Assembly: GCA_001643675.2 (NCBI GenBank)
Contig: LSRY02000019.1
Location: 248,001 to 312,000, forward strand
Direction of reading: 5' to 3'
Source: Monocercomonoides exilis PA203
Taxonomy: Eukaryota > Protista > Preaxostyla
DNA: 64,000 bases
Of the stretch, positions 62,526 through 64,000 are shown in pieces. The translations under genes were made by a program, and so were the position numbers. The notes below the pieces were generated by a model that was given only the letters and a program-made list of their open reading frames with translations, did not search any database and was not told where the DNA came from. Within the stretch, counting starts at the first letter, position 1. Each line of letters begins with the position of its first letter.

Positions 62526-64000
62526 ATGCTTCGTGAATCAGGTATTAATTTTGCTTATATAAAATATTCATTAACCAGTTATTGATATATTCATTGAACA
62601 ACGTCTTATGCACACTCAGGTCTAAAAGATACTCGAACGAATTCTGCTCGTGCAAATCCAAGCCCTTCAAGATTTCAAACAACGCCAATGCAAGCTGGAC
62701 CATTTCAGCAACCTCAATCATCATCTCTTCGTCAGACAACAGGATATGGACAATCATTTTTATCATCTACAACTCCTCTTCCACTTTCATCAACTGCTCC
62801 TTCATCAAGCAGTTCAATTGTAATGTGTGACAGTTGCCCTCCTGAATCTCCAAATCAGGCAGTCTATTTCTGTAAACAATGCAGAGGTGTGGGAATTATT
62901 TATGAATCATTTTAATACAATTTGTCTATTTCTTTGTTGACCTTAAAAATTTTTTTAAAAGGAAATTTTTGTGAAAATTGCGAAGCGCAATTTCATCCAT
63001 CTCATAACGCTTTGATGAGTAGGCATGTCCGTTTGCCAATAGACTCGTCTCGCTCAGCATTATTTTGTCCAGAACACCCAGAGGAAGAGCTTTCATACTA
63101 TTGCTTAAGCTGCGAAGGCACGTGCATATGCTCTGAATGTGCAATCCGTGGGGCGCACAAAGGTCATGATGTGCAAACAATTAGAAAGAGTTACGGGGAG
63201 ATCAGGAAGCGTATGAACGAGATTGTATCTGCACTTGCGATGAGGCAAGAGGCAGTTAAGAAGATTCTTATGCAGATTGAAGCACATGAACAAGAAATTG
63301 CTGATAACACACGATCCATAAAAGAGTCAATGGCACTTTCATTTAATGAGCTGAGAGAGAAGATAAGAAAGAAGGAATTAGAGTTTATGGCTACAGCAGA
63401 CAAGTTCCAAGAAGAGCAGATTGCAGAATTATCTTCATTCATATCATATGCACAGACAAAGCAGAATGAGATAACAGGAGCAATTTCTCAGATGAAAGGA
63501 GCTAGCGAAAGCTCAGATGAAATAGGACTTCTTAACTTTTATGGAACGCACAAGCAAGTTGCAACAGATCTTCTGAAAGACACACCAATTGATGTGAGGC
63601 TTCCAGAAGTGGCCAGCAGACGATGCTATTTGGATATGGAAAGCGCAAACAAGCAATTAGAGGGACTTTCTGCATTGCATTTGGCAGTAGCTTCGGTTCA
63701 GGCAACATACACACAAGGAATAGAAGGAGCACCTGGAATGCTTCCAGGTGCAGAAACTGGAGCGCCAATGTCGATGTCACTTGGAGACGGAGAAAGTGGA
63801 ACAGAAAGAGAAAGAGGAGCAATGAGAGGGACGCCTTCATCGGCGAGGCAGATGGGGCAGTCTTCTCAAATCGGCATGGGTGGTTATTATGGATCACAAG
63901 GGATGGAGAGCGGAGGAATGGAAGGGAGAGAGAGGATGGGAGGAGGATCAAGCAGGAGAAGCAGAGAAGCAGAAGGAACGGGAAGAAAGAAGAGATTATA
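62526..64000 (+). CDS. B-box zinc finger / coiled-coil (TRIM-like, no RING seen) protein; stop codon probably at the window edge
   Basis: Exons about 62526-62541, 62620-62886 and 62962-end. B-box1 CDSCPPESPNQAVYFCKQCR..FCENCEAQFH...H, then B-box2 CPEHPEEELSYYCLSCEGTCICSECAIRGAHKGH, then a coiled coil and a Gly/Arg-rich tail. Confidence 0.85.

Noticed and set aside
1-64000. tRNA/rRNA genes, transposase, reverse transcriptase or integrase ORFs
   Set aside because: None were recognised by eye; a covariance-model or HMM scan was not possible.

Overview
This is AT-rich, intron-containing eukaryotic DNA using the standard genetic code (TAA/TAG/TGA act as stops). Gene families, short introns with GTTTG donors and composition suggest an oxymonad such as Monocercomonoides; this is an inference, not a verified assignment. 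The window holds about 15 protein-coding genes, many in head-to-head pairs. In order: a giant (>3,750 aa, running off the left edge) NACHT/STAND-like NTPase missing from the ORF track; an FKBP-TPR immunophilin with a His/Cys-rich N-terminus; two paralogous single-pass beta-helix receptors with kinase C-lobe-only tails (~2,700 and ~4,800 aa) flanking an ATG1/ULK-like kinase; PME-1; an RPA2/SPATA22-like OB-fold protein; a small hypothetical; a 2-EF-hand protein; CKS1; CTNNBL1; a four-His ferric reductase/NOX-like flavocytochrome; UPRT; a 2-TM hypothetical; and a B-box/coiled-coil protein. The main highlights are a predicted 1-nt exon plus a 4-nt exon in CKS1, the NLR-like giant, the C-lobe-only receptor pseudokinases and a phased 21-bp motif array. 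No rRNA, tRNA, CRISPR array or clear mobile element was seen. All gene models were built by hand from the sequence.
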